Shown piece by piece: positions 10,506-22,344 of a stretch of DNA of 37,774 nucleotides. The number at the start of each line of letters is the position of its first letter. Within the stretch, counting starts at the first letter, position 1. Both the position numbers and the translations under genes were made by a program. Source of the DNA: Chiloscyllium plagiosum (Eukaryota); assembly GCF_004010195.1 (NCBI RefSeq), contig NC_057718.1, positions 17,831,501-17,869,274 of the forward strand. The letters are read 5' to 3'. Below the pieces are notes generated by a model. It made no database searches, was not told the origin of the DNA, and was given only the letters and a program-made list of their open reading frames with translations.

Positions 10506-10757
10506 AGGTGGGTGCCGCAGGGAGTGGAGTGCATTATCTCCCTCTCCAACTCTATTTTGATTTAGTCCCTGCCCTCCCCTTCATTGTTTGATCACACAGC
10601 ATTGCCTTTTGTGAAGGGCACTGCTTGTCACTGGCCACTCAGGTGTTTTCCTTTCTTCTTGGTGGTGGAAATTGAATAAAGATTCGTACACCTTGTGCCT
10701 CTCACTGTGTCTCTCACCTGCGCACACACACAACGTGGGTGCTGGGGGGCAAAAAAA
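10506..10757 (+). mobile_element. Tx1/L1-clade LINE 3' end (element A)
   Basis: 10506-10565 translates RWVPQGVECIISLSNSILI*, resembling Tx1-type ORF2 termini (from memory); AATAAA and A tail; flanked by AAGCAGGAGTG repeats. Confidence 0.72.
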
Positions 10758-10766
10758 GCAGGAGTG

Positions 10767-10904
10767 AACAGGTTGTACGGTGGGGTTTGGGGTCTGGCTT
10801 TGCTGCCCCTTTTCCCTGTAAATTGCTATTTCTTGTATACAGCTGTTAATGTTAACTGTTTGTTTGTTTGTAATTTGTACTGGTTAACAAAATATATATA
10901 TAAC
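10767..10904 (+). mobile_element. Unclassified non-LTR 3' end (element B)
   Basis: Matches ~1893-1995; flanked by AA(G/A)CAGGAGTG repeats. Confidence 0.55.
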
Positions 10905-11107
10905 ATAAACAGGAGTGTCAGGGATTCTGTTCACTCTGAGAGCTGGCTCTGAGGGAGCTGGATCAGCATCAAGTAACATGGAAATAAAGAGTGACTTAGT
11001 GATGGGATTCCAGCCTCTGTGGAGTTATTCCCTTTACCAGTTTATACAGTTCAGTGTAACACAATGTTATATTTACCCCATCAAGTCGCAGAAGACTCAT
11101 AAAACTA

Positions 11108-11327
11108 CAGTAGAATCCCTGTATCCACAGATTTGGTTTCTGCGGTTTCAGTTATCTGTGGTTCACTGCAGCCCAAAAATATTACATAGAACATTCCAGA
11201 AATAATTCCAGGGAGTGTGCCGGAGAGGTAAATTTCCCATTTAAATGATAGGGTTCGTGCTATCCAAGGTTTCGAGCATCCGCGGTAAGTCTTGGAATGT
11301 ATCACCTGCAGATACAGGGAATACCTG
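11108..11327. mobile_element. TcMar-Tigger (pogo-like) MITE, MER44-like
   Basis: TA TSD at 11106-7 and 11328-9; imperfect TIRs CAGTAGAATCCCTGTATCCACAG / CTGCAGATACAGGGAATACCTG. Confidence 0.8.
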
Positions 11328-12929
11328 TATTTCTAAATCTGTTACTGTAGCTGCAAAACATGTTCACACCATTCAGTATTAGTTTGGTTTTGAGAACCTA
11401 CTTATTTAACACAATATTCCAGTTCAGATCCATTTTTGTACAAATGTCCTAGATCAATTAATTATTTGCAAGCTTCTTAAGTGGGGTATGATGAATAACT
11501 GTGATTAAAAAATGATTACAGCGCTCAGCTCAGGTTCTGATTTGGCTGCTGAATTCTTTTTGTCTCAATGTCACGTTTAGTTTGTTATATCAATTTTGAT
11601 TTTTTTCACTTTTTGTGACAGCCAAAATTGCCTTAATATTGGAAAATGAAAGCTAATTAAATTCTAAATGGTGAGACCTCGATTTAAATTAATATACTGG
11701 GAAGAGAAATGACTCTAATTGAGAATTGTAATAACATTTCACCTGCAAGGAGATGGCCTTACTTGAGATGAGAAAAGGTCTTGGGTTATAATAATTATAG
11801 CCTTGCTCTTTCTAACTTCCTTGTGCAGAAAATTTGTATAATAGATCTGTATTAGCATAGGCTTAAATTGGAGTTCGTACAGGGATATTCTTCCACTGTT
11901 TTGTGGTAAATTATTCAGAACCTCCCACAAGCATTAATCACTGGGTGAAAGAATCTGTATGTTCAACTGCTCATACCAAGTTTTGGGGTCAATTTTCAAT
12001 CCTTGCTCAAATGGGTGGTAACATCCTCAAAACACGCTCGAGTAATTTTACCACTCTGCTATCCCACAACAGGCATCATTTCACAAGGAGTTCCTAGCTT
12101 GGCATGTTGGAAGTGTCTGTTGCACGATTCAGATGATGGGTTCTTTCTCATGTGGAAATCAGACCCGACTGCTAAAGGTAATTTTTGTGAAGTTATTGGA
12201 ACCTCTGCCTTATGTGATTGCCCCCAACCCATCCCCATATGACTCCATTTTGTTTGCCTTCCCTGGATCACAAGAGACAACCCATCTCTGGGGTCCTGTA
12301 CCTCACCTCATGAACGTAAGTGAAGCTGGAGCCTCTCACTGTCAAAACGGGCACCTGGCCAATTCAGTCAGCCACCCAGCAATTAAAGACTGATGCCAGA
12401 GACTGACTGTCAAAGTAGAGAATCTTTATTCTTCTTTACTTTAATCTATCATGGTAATATCAACAGAACTTGACTGGGTGGGAAGCTCAGAAAAGCTTGC
12501 TTCTGTTAATTTTGGAAAGAAACTATGTTTTTCATATGAGTCATAGCTCCTCCCTTTCCTCTTATCTCCAGTTGCTGCATCCTTCATCTTTTATTCATAC
12601 TTCAGATTTATGTACCTCTCCTGAAACTCCAGCATCCAAAATGGTTGCCAAGAACGTTGGTTCCCTCTTTTGTGTCCGTTCTTTTCCCCTATTTGTAAAA
12701 CCCCATGTTCCTCCTCTGTCAAAATAATAAATATTGCTCCTGCATCGCAAGCAGGTCTTCAAATACCTTGCTCATATGTTAGGAGAAGAGAAAAGAAATG
12801 TTTGCATCCTTCTTTGACTGTTAATCTCCAAAATCCATCTCTACAAACTGTCCTGTATAAATTCTGTAGACTACTGTGGCTTTAATTGCTTCTTTAACTT
12901 TTTTCATTTCTTGGTCCTCCTACAGTACT

Positions 12930-13200
12930 TAACTTGCATTTAAAATATTGTTTTTAATGCAGGAAATGCCCTCAGCTGGTTTGCAATAGGCATGAAGAAA
13001 ATGAGTTTTGTGACTGGAAGGCAAACAATTAGTTTATGCGATTGAAAAATTGGTGAAGGGTATTGACTTTAAGGAACTTGCTAAAAATGGTGAAAGAATC
13101 AGGGAATTTTAGAGAGTCTTGTCTGACCAGCAATGGGTGGACCATATGGAGACAGGATACAATTAGCAAGAATAAAAAGCATTGGACAGAACGGGGAAGG
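12930..13200 (-). mobile_element. L2-like 3' relic
   Basis: AACTTGCATTT terminus and AGGGAATT motif similar to 2783-3059; very decayed. Confidence 0.35.
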
Positions 13201-13521
13201 ACTATAGGTATTCTCACATGCATACAGTTCCATCCCCCTGCATCCTCACCAATACACTTCAAAAAGTGGACCTAATAATTTGTAGTTCATGTGAGGAGGC
13301 TTGGTGTAACTGTACTATATTCCTGTATCTGTTGTTTCTCTACAGGAGTTAACCTAGACGTAATGGATACATAAACATAGTGCATGCAGGAATATAGTTC
13401 AATACGCATTAAGGACTCACATAAGAACTTCACTAAATGAGAGGTTTACCACCCCCCTCACCCCCAAGAGCCACTGAACTGTCTCAACTCTAACACAAAA
13501 AGAACTTTAGGATCTCCAGTT

Positions 13522-13711
13522 GAACACAACTGATGCTGGAGATCGCAGCAAGTCACTTGGAGAGAGAGCAAGCTCACGTTTCAAGTCGAGATGACCTTTC
13601 AGACTCGAAACGTTAGCTTGCTCTCTCTCTCCACGGATGCTGTGTGACCCACTGTGATCTCCAGCATTTCTTGTTTTGAGTAAAGATTCCAGCATCTGCA
13701 GTAATTTGCTC
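13522..13711. mobile_element. Fold-back PLE terminal element (axis within hammerhead stem II)
   Basis: ATGCTGGAGATC...GAGAGAGAGCAAGCT.ACGTTTC / GAAACGT.AGCTTGCTCTCTCTC...GATCTCCAGCAT inverted arms; no clear TSD. Confidence 0.8.
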
Positions 13712-14931
13712 CAATCTCTCGGATCTCCGACCAGAGAAATAAATGATACCTTAAATCCAAGGCTTGCATTATTGAATCACTGTTTCCTCATCATCCAACA
13801 TTTACAGTCATAGAGTCATAGAGATTTACAGCATGGGAACAGACCCTTCGGTCCAACCCGTCCATGACCCCAGGGAAAAGACTTTGTCTATTTATCCTAT
13901 CCATGCCCCTCATAATTTTGTAAATCTCTATAAGGTCACCCCTCAGCCTCCGACGCGCCAAGAAAAACAGCCCCAGCCTGTTCAGCCTCTCCCTGTAGCT
14001 CAAATCCTCCAACCCTGGCAACATCCTTGGAAATCTTTTCTGAACCCGTTCAAGTTTCACAACATCTTTCCGATAGGTAAGGAGACCAGAATTGCACGCA
14101 ATATTCCAACAGTGGCCTAACCAATGTCCTGTACAGCTGCAACATGACCTCCCAACTCCTGTACTCAATATTCTGACCAATAAAGGGAAGAAAACCAAAC
14201 GCCTTCTTCACTATCCTATCTACCTGCGACTCCACTTTCAAGGAGCTATGAACCTGCACTCCAAGGTCTGTTTGTTCAGCAACACTCCCTAGGACCTTAC
14301 CATTAAGTGGGAAAACCCGGCTAAGATTTGCTTTCCCAAAATGCAGCACCTCGCGTTTATCTGAATTAAACTCCATCTGCCACTTCTCAGCCCATTGGCC
14401 CATCTGGTCCAGATCCTGTTGTAATCTGAGGTAACCCTCTTCGCTGTCCACTACAACTCCAATTTTGGTGTCATCTGAAAAATTTACCAACTGTCCCTCT
14501 TATGCTCGCATCCAAATCATTTATGTAAATGTCGAACGCCTTACTGAAGTCCATATAGATCACATCTACTGCTCTGCCCTCATCAACCTTCTTTGTTACT
14601 TCTTCAAAAAACTCAGTCAAGTTTGTGAGACATGATTTTCCACGCACAAAGCCATGTTGACTATCCCGAATCAGTCCTTGCCTTTCCAAATACATGTACA
14701 TCCTGTCCCTCAGGATTCCCTCCAACAACTTGTTCACCACTGAGGTCAGGCTCACCGATCTATAGTTCCCTGGATTGTCTTTACCACCCTTCTTAAATAG
14801 TGGCACTACGTTAGCCAACCTCCAGTCTTCCGGCACCTCACCTGTGACTATCGATGATACAAATATCTCAGCAAGAGACCCAGCAATCACTTCTCTAGCT
14901 TCCCACAGAGTTCTCGGGTACACCTGATCAG

Positions 14932-15144
14932 NNNNNNNNNNNNNNNNNNNNNNNNNNNNNNNNNNNNNNNNNNNNNNNNNNNNNNNNNNNNNNNNNNNNN
15001 NNNNNNNNNNNNNNNNNNNNNNNNNNNNNNNNNNNNNNNNNNNNNNNNNNNNNNNNNNNNNNNNNNNNNNNNNNNNNNNNNNNNNNNNNNNNNNNNNNNN
15101 NNNNNNNNNNNNNNNNNNNNNNNNNNNNNNNNNNNNNNNNNNNN
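14932..15144. other. Assembly gap
   Basis: Run of N. Confidence 1.
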
Positions 15145-15194
15145 TAACCCTCTTCGCTGTCCACTACACCTCCAATTTTGGTGTCATCTGCAAA

Positions 15195-15512
15195 AGGATA
15201 TGGAAGATATAGACCGTAGGGAAATAGATGGTGACATCTTGCAAAATGTCCAGATTACAGAGGAGGAAGTGCTGGATGTCTTGAAATGGTTAAAGATGGA
15301 TAAATCCCCAGGACCTGATCAGGTGTACCCGAGAACTCTGTGGGAAGCTAGAGAAGTGATTGATGGGTCTCTTGCTGAGATATTTGTATCATTGATAGTC
15401 ACAGGTGAGGTGCCAGAAGACTGGAAGTTGGTGCCACTGTTTAAGAAGGGCAGTAAAGACAAGCCAGGGAACTATAGACTGGTGAGCCTGACCTCGGTGG
15501 TGGGCAAGTTGT
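15195..15512 (+). mobile_element. Inverted CR1 ORF2 segment embedded in the minus-strand CR1
   Basis: KSPGPDQVYPRTLWEA...[14 protein letters not shown] on the plus strand; largely the reverse complement of 14726-14931. Confidence 0.8.
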
Positions 15513-15954
15513 TACTAACTGTACCTCTTATGCTCGCATCCAAATCATTTATGTAAATGTCAAAAAGTAGAGGACCCAGCACCAATCCTTGTGGAACTCC
15601 ACTGGTCACAAGCCTCCAGTCTGAAAAACAACCCTCCACCACCACCCTCTGTCTTCTACCTTTGAGCAGTTCTGTATCCAAATGGCTACTTCTCCCTGTA
15701 TTTCATGAGATCTAACCTTGCTAATCAGGTCTTCTATGGGGAACCTTGTCGAACGCCTTACTGAAGTCCACATAGATCACATCTACTGCTCTGCCCTCAT
15801 CAATCTTCTTTGTTACTTCTTCAAAAAACTCAATCAAGTTTGTGAGACATGATTTCCCCTTTGGATTCTCCTTAATTCTAATTGCCAAAGCTATCTCATG
15901 TCCCCGTTTTGCCCTCCTGATTTCCCTCTTAAGTATACTCCTACTTTCTTTATA

Positions 15955-16030
15955 GATGGAAATGTGTTGCTGGAGAAGCGCAGCAGGTCAGGCAGCATCT
16001 AGGGAACAGGAGAATCGACGTTTCGGGCAT
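15955..16030 (-). mobile_element. PLE terminal fragment inserted in CR1
   Basis: Reverse complement reads ATGCCCGAAACGTCGATTCTCC...GATGCTGCCTGACCTGCTG. Confidence 0.8.
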
Positions 16031-17155
16031 TAAGGATTCACTTGATCTATCCTGTCTGTACATGACATATGCTTCCTTCTTTTTCTTAACCAAACCCTCA
16101 ATTTCTTTAGTCATCCAGCATTCCCTATACCTACCAGCCTTTCCTTTCACCCTGACAGGAATACACTTTCTCTGGATTCTTGTTATCTCATTTCTGTAGG
16201 CTTCCCCTTTTCCAGTCGTCCCTTTATCTGTGAACATCTGCCTCCAAACAGCTTTTGAAAGTTCTTGCCTAATACTGTCAAAATTGGCCTTTCTCCAATT
16301 TAGAACATCAACTTTTAGATCTGGTCTATCCTTTTCCACCACTATTTTAAATCTAATAGAATTATGGTCACTGGCTCCAAAATGCTCCCCCACTGACACC
16401 TCAGTCACCTGCCTTATTTCCCAAGAGTAGGTCAAGTTTTGCACCTTCTCTAGTAGGTACATCCACATACTGAATCAGAAAATTGTCTTGTACACACTTA
16501 ACAAATTCCTCTCCATCTAAACGTTTAACACTATGGCAGTCCCAGTCGATGTTTGGAAAGTTAAAAATCCCCTACCGTAACTACTCTATTATTCTTACAG
16601 ATAGTTGAGATCTCCTTACAAGTTTGTTTCTCAATGTCCCTCTGACTATTGGGATGTCTATAATACAATCCCAATAAGGTGATCATCCCTTTCTTATTTC
16701 TCAGTTCCACCCAAATAACTTCGTAGATGTATTTCCGGGAATATCCTCCCTCAGCACAGCTGTCATGCTATCCCTTATCAAAAATGCTACTCCTCCTCCT
16801 CTTTTGCCTCCCTTTCTATCCTTCCTGTAGCATGTATCCTGAAACATTCAGCTGCCAGTCCTGCCCATCCCTGAGCCATGTTTCTGTAATTGCTATGATA
16901 TCCCAGTCCCATGTTCCTAACCATGCCCTGAGTTCATCTGCCTTCCCTGTTAGGCCCCTTGCATTGAAATAAATGCAGTTTAATTTATTAGTCCTACCTT
17001 GTCCCTGCCTTTGCCCAGCCTGCTTGGACTGTTTGACTCACTTCTTTTCTCAAATGTACCAGCCTCAGATCTCCCTTGGTTTCTCCCCACCCCCAACCTT
17101 ACTAGTTTAAGTCCTCCAGAGCAGCTCTAGCAAATCTCCCTGCCAGTATATTAGT

Positions 17156-17894
17156 NNNNNNNNNNNNNNNNNNNNNNNNNNNNNNNNNNNNNNNNNNNNN
17201 NNNNNNNNNNNNNNNNNNNNNNNNNNNNNNNNNNNNNNNNNNNNNNNNNNNNNNNNNNNNNNNNNNNNNNNNNNNNNNNNNNNNNNNNNNNNNNNNNNNN
17301 NNNNNNNNNNNNNNNNNNNNNNNNNNNNNNNNNNNNNNNNNNNNNNNNNNNNNNNNNNNNNNNNNNNNNNNNNNNNNNNNNNNNNNNNNNNNNNNNNNNN
17401 NNNNNNNNNNNNNNNNNNNNNNNNNNNNNNNNNNNNNNNNNNNNNNNNNNNNNNNNNNNNNNNNNNNNNNNNNNNNNNNNNNNNNNNNNNNNNNNNNNNN
17501 NNNNNNNNNNNNNNNNNNNNNNNNNNNNNNNNNNNNNNNNNNNNNNNNNNNNNNNNNNNNNNNNNNNNNNNNNNNNNNNNNNNNNNNNNNNNNNNNNNNN
17601 NNNNNNNNNNNNNNNNNNNNNNNNNNNNNNNNNNNNNNNNNNNNNNNNNNNNNNNNNNNNNNNNNNNNNNNNNNNNNNNNNNNNNNNNNNNNNNNNNNNN
17701 NNNNNNNNNNNNNNNNNNNNNNNNNNNNNNNNNNNNNNNNNNNNNNNNNNNNNNNNNNNNNNNNNNNNNNNNNNNNNNNNNNNNNNNNNNNNNNNNNNNN
17801 NNNNNNNNNNNNNNNNNNNNNNNNNNNNNNNNNNNNNNNNNNNNNNNNNNNNNNNNNNNNNNNNNNNNNNNNNNNNNNNNNNNNNNNNNNNNNN
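17156..17894. other. Assembly gap
   Basis: Run of N. Confidence 1.
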
Positions 17895-18137
17895 AACAAT
17901 AACTTATCTGATTCTGTGCTGTGAACTTCGCCCAACAGTTCCTCCAAGATTAGTTGTGAATTTCACTGTTTGTTAATTTTCCCAGATGCACTCCGATGTC
18001 CAGCGATACACGAATTCAAACAGCAATGGCAGTAACTGTGCAGGTTTTCCCTCTCTCTCCATTTGTTGTTTTCAACTAGAGATCCTAGCGTTCTTTTTGT
18101 GAAAGAGTTGAGTCAGTTCAGTGCCTCATCATCTAGA

Positions 18138-18349
18138 GGGAGAAAGTGAGGACTGCAGATGGTGGAGATCAGAGTCGAAAAGTGCAGTGCTGGAAAAGCA
18201 CAGCCTGTCAGGTAGCATCTGAGGAGCGTGAAAGTCGACGTTATGAGCATAAGCTCTTCAACAGGAATGAAGAGCATATGCTCGAACCATCGATTCTCCT
18301 GCTCCTTGGTGCTGCCTGACCAGCTGTGCTTTACCAGCACCACACGTTT
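18138..18349. mobile_element. Fold-back PLE terminal element with ~11-bp TSD-like repeat
   Basis: Inverted arms meet at the hammerhead core (stem II GAGC/GCTC); TGCCT(C/T)ATCAT at 18122-18132 and 18350-18360. Confidence 0.82.
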
Positions 18350-19047
18350 TGCCTTATCATTCAGTATCAATTCTCAGATATTTAAACTGCAGTCATTGCT
18401 TCAACCCATGGCACCAATTGTCAGCATAAGGAATCAAGCCTCATTCATTCCAAGTGGCAGAGGGAGCATCAGTATTCTGCGTAGGTGTTGCACCTAAGAC
18501 TTGATTACACATTTAATATTTAATTATTTAATTTAATTATAGTTTATGAATTGAGTGTGGCAACGAGGTAGGAAGTTAGCCTCAGTGCTAAAAGAAGCCA
18601 ACATTGCAGATTTATATTTGGATTGGATGGAGGTAAACAGTGGTGGCTTTCGAGAGCTTGGTTTCAGATTCATTGCTCTTCTCAATAAATATGAATGTGC
18701 TGACAAATGTGGAGGAAATGCGAAAAACGTTTTCACATGATACAGGAACTTAGCAGTATGGGCAGACCCTAAAATGTAAGGTTTCCAGCCCACTTACAGG
18801 AATGACATCTACTTCTGCACTCAATTGAATATCCAAGGCAATTTTCCCAAATTTGTAACCTGAACTAAATGGATAGTTCTCATAGCTCTAATAACATGAC
18901 AAACCTACTTTCCAAATTCCCAAGAAAGTTTGCTGGATCATACACCAATCAGCTCACTGGCATGTTTATGTGAACTTCTCAGAGAATCGCAGGCTGGAAC
19001 ACTGGTGTTCCATAATGCCAGAGCATCTGATTCCTCTAGGCTGTTCA

Positions 19048-19366
19048 TAGAATCCCTACACTGTAGGAAGAGGCCATTCAGTTCATTGAATCTGCAATTA
19101 CTCTCCGAAGAGCATTCCACCCAGACCTAGCCCTATCCCTGTAACCCCACATTAACCATAGCTAATTGACCTAGTCTGCACATCCCTGGACTCCACAGGA
19201 CAATCCACCTAACCTGTATCTCTCTCGATTGTGGGAGGAAACCGGAATACCAGGTGGAAACCCATTCAGGTAACATGCAAACTCCACACAGACAGTCAGC
19301 CAAGTCTGGAATTGAACCCAGGTCCCTGGTGCTCTGAAGAGCAGTGCTAACCACTGAACCACTGTG
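19048..19366 (-). mobile_element. HE1-type V-SINE, older copy
   Basis: Reverse complement of the tRNA head, V-domain and tail. Confidence 0.85.
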
Positions 19367-19444
19367 TTAGTCAAATCCTAAGAGGATCCCATAGTGAAAA
19401 TGTATGTTTTTTTCTAGTGCTTCACATAGAAGAGTGTCATGGGA

Positions 19445-20890
19445 GAACATAGAACATTACAGTGCAGTACAGGCCCTTTGGCCCTCGATATTGCGCCGAC
19501 CTGTCATACCAATCTGAAGCCCATCTAACCTACATTATTCCATGTATGTTCATATGCTTGTCCAATGACGACTTAAATGTATTTAAAGTTGGCGAATCTA
19601 CTACCATTGCAGGCAAAGCATTCCATACCCTTATTACTCTCTGAGTAAAGAAACTACTTCTGACATCTGTCCTATATCTATCACCCCTCAATTTAAAGCT
19701 ATGCCCCCTCGTGCTCACCGTCACCATTCTCGGAAAAAGGCTCTCCCTGTCCACCCTATCTAACCCTCTGATTATCTTATATGTCTCTATCGAGTCACTT
19801 CTCAACCTTCTTCTCTCTAACGAAAACAGCCTCAAGTCCCGCAGCCTTTCCTCATAAACCCTTCCCTCCATACCAGGCAACATCGTAGTAAATCTCCTCT
19901 GCACCCTTTCCAAAGCTTCCACATCCTCCTCATAATGCGGTGACCAGAACTGTACACAATACTCCAAGTGTGGCTGCACTAGAGTTTTGTACAGCTGCAG
20001 CATAACCTCATGGTTCGGTTACTCTGACCAAAGTGAATCACCTCACACTTGTTTGCATTAAACTCCATTTGCCACTTCTCAGCCCAGCTCTGCAGCTTGT
20101 CTATGTCTCCCTGTAACCTACAACATCCTTCGTCACTATCCACAACTCCACCGACCTTAGTGTCGTCTGCAAATTTACTAACCGACCTTTATACGCCCTC
20201 ATCCAGGTCGTTTATAAAAATGACGAACAGCAGTGGACCCAACACCAACCCTTGTAGTACACCACTGGTAACTGGACTCCAGGATGCACATTTCCCATCA
20301 ACCACCACCCTCTGTCTTCTTTCAGCAAGCCAATTACTGATCCAAACTGCTATATCTCCCGCAATCCCATTCCTCCACATTTTGTACAATAGCCTACTGT
20401 GGGGAACCTTAACGAACGCCTTGCTGAAATCCATATACACCACATCAACCGGTTTACTCTCATCTACCTGTTTTGTCACTTTCTCAATGAACTCAATAAG
20501 GTTTGTGAGGCACGACCTACCCTTCATAAAACCATGCTGACTATCCTTAATCAAATTATTCTTTTCTAAATGATTATAAATCCTCTCTCTTATAACCTTT
20601 TCCAACACTTTACTAACAACTGAAGTAAGGCTCACTGGTCTATAATTACCAGGGTTGTCTATACTCCCCTACTTTAACAGGGGAACCACATTTGCTATCC
20701 TCCAGTCTTCTGGCACTATTCCTATAGACAATGATGATTTAACGATCAATGCCAAAGGCTCGGCAATCTCCTTCCTGGCCTTCCCAGAGGATCCGAGGAT
20801 ACATCCCATCCGGCCCAGGTGACGTATCTATTTTCACACTCTGCAGGATTTCTAATACCTCTTCCTTGTGAAACTCAATCCCACCTAGTC
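19445..20890 (-). mobile_element. CR1-clade LINE, RT to 3' end (subfamily with TATGTTC tail)
   Basis: ORFs 19530-20003 and 20189-20635 with [38 protein letters not shown]. Confidence 0.92.
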
Positions 20891-21035
20891 TAGGAGTAGA
20901 GAAGGTGAATATCACATGATTGAGACATTGGAGAAATAGTTGCGTGGGGGGGACATGGCTTTCAGAATCCACCACTTTTCTCACTGATCTGTACCTCTGA
21001 TGGCTTCCAGATTGAGGACAATGTAGGACATTGGC

Positions 21036-21107
21036 AAGAGTGTGGTGCTGGAAAAGCACAGCACGTCAGGCAGCATCCAAGGAGCAGGAGAATCGAGGTT
21101 TCGGGCA
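21036..21107 (-). mobile_element. PLE terminal fragment
   Basis: GTGGTGCTGGAAAAGCACAGC...GGCAGCATCC...GAATCGAGGTTTCGGGCA. Confidence 0.8.
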
Positions 21108-21489
21108 GTAGATTGCCTTGGTTACTCAGTTCGGAGATCCTCCTTGTCAGGAAAACAGGTAATTGATGAGGTGGCAGGTTGTGGTCCTTTGTGGCTGTTA
21201 ATTGACCACTTATGGGCCTTCGTGGCTGGTTGGTTGAGAAAGTCCCAGATGGACCTTCTCATCCAGAACACGGGTGGTGAGATGATGAGAAAGGGCTAGC
21301 TTTCCCAATTAGTTTGTCTTCTCGCCAACTCTGGGTGGGTTGAGAATTGTGCATAATGATTCTAACCAATGAAATCAATACCGGGGATAAAGATGAAGCT
21401 TGTAGGTCCAAGATTATCAATGAGAGGAAGCAGGGGCAGGTTTTTAGAACATCACATGATTTGGAGAGGAGCCTGTTAGAATAAACAAA

Positions 21490-21960
21490 GTCATAGGATG
21501 GCCCAGCACAGTGCGAGGACATTCAGCCATTTGTGTTCATACTAGCAGTTTAGTAAAACTATTGAATTACACCCATTTCTCTGCTCTTTCTGAATGGCTG
21601 CACAATGTCTTTCTCACCTCAAGCATTTATTTCTTGCAAAGTTGCCATTGAATCTGCTTCCACCTTTCAAGAAAGAAAAGTTCAATCCTGTTGCCGTTGA
21701 TCATCTGGAATATGTATGCACTGGTTAATGACACTTCTGCCACTGAAAATAGTTGCTGTTCACACACATGATCAAAACCATTCAAGATTTTGAACACCCA
21801 CATTACCTTTCGACCATCCCCTCTCTGAGGAGAGCAACCTCCCCATCTCCAGGATTTTCCAATTGTAAATTTGCTTACTCAGAGGCAGTAAAGTTTAAAA
21901 CAAGCCAACCGTTTCTGAGATTCTCAATCTCAGGCAAATCCCTGGACATCCACCACGTGG
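21490..21960 (-). mobile_element. Old CR1 3' relic
   Basis: TTGAATCTGCTTCCACC and GATTTTGAACACC motifs collinear with CR1 3' ends; decayed. Confidence 0.45.
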
Positions 21961-22191
21961 AAGTAACGGAATTCTATCTACTTTCACCTTCCATTCTGTC
22001 AAAAAGAGGATGGGTGGGGGCTATCAGTCTGGACAAAGGTGCTGGAACCAAAAAAAGATCAATGCCTGCAAATTTTCCCTTGTTGCTTTATTATTTCTCC
22101 AGTAGCAATCAAAGAGTTTGATGGCTGCTAGCAATGATACCTGTGAATGCCAACATGCAGGCATACTCAAAATTAGCTATAAGCTGGGTAG

Positions 22192-22344
22192 CAGGTCAAG
22201 CAGCACCTGAGGAGCAGGAGAATCAACCTTCATCTTGCCTGAAATGTCGATTCTCCTGCTCCTCAGATGCTGTCTGACCTGCTGTGCATTTCCAGCAACA
22301 CATTCTTGACTCTGATCTCCAGCATCTGCAGACCTCACTTTCTC
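22192..22344. mobile_element. Fold-back PLE terminal element with 15-bp TSD
   Basis: Inverted arms; CTATAAG(CT/TC)GGGTAG at 22177-22191 and 22345-22359. Confidence 0.82.

Larger units (their letters stand above)
10391..11032 (+). mobile_element. Short solo LTR (~230 bp net) interrupted next to its TATA-like box
   Basis: Starts TGTAA; TATAAG/ATAAAC box; AATAAA at 10983; other copies end TTTCA; possible 5-bp TSD TTAAC/TTTAC. Confidence 0.7.
13807..18060 (-). mobile_element. Near full-length CR1/HER1-like LINE: putative 5' UTR, ORF1 esterase end, APE and RT, rearranged and gapped
   Basis: ORF1 tail TNILAGRFARAALEDLN*; APE motif GEHFGASDHNSIRF; RT motifs [55 protein letters not shown]. Confidence 0.88.

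Noticed and set aside
14928..17947. ORFs 14928-15164 and 17102-17947
   Set aside because: Their length is an artefact of N runs.
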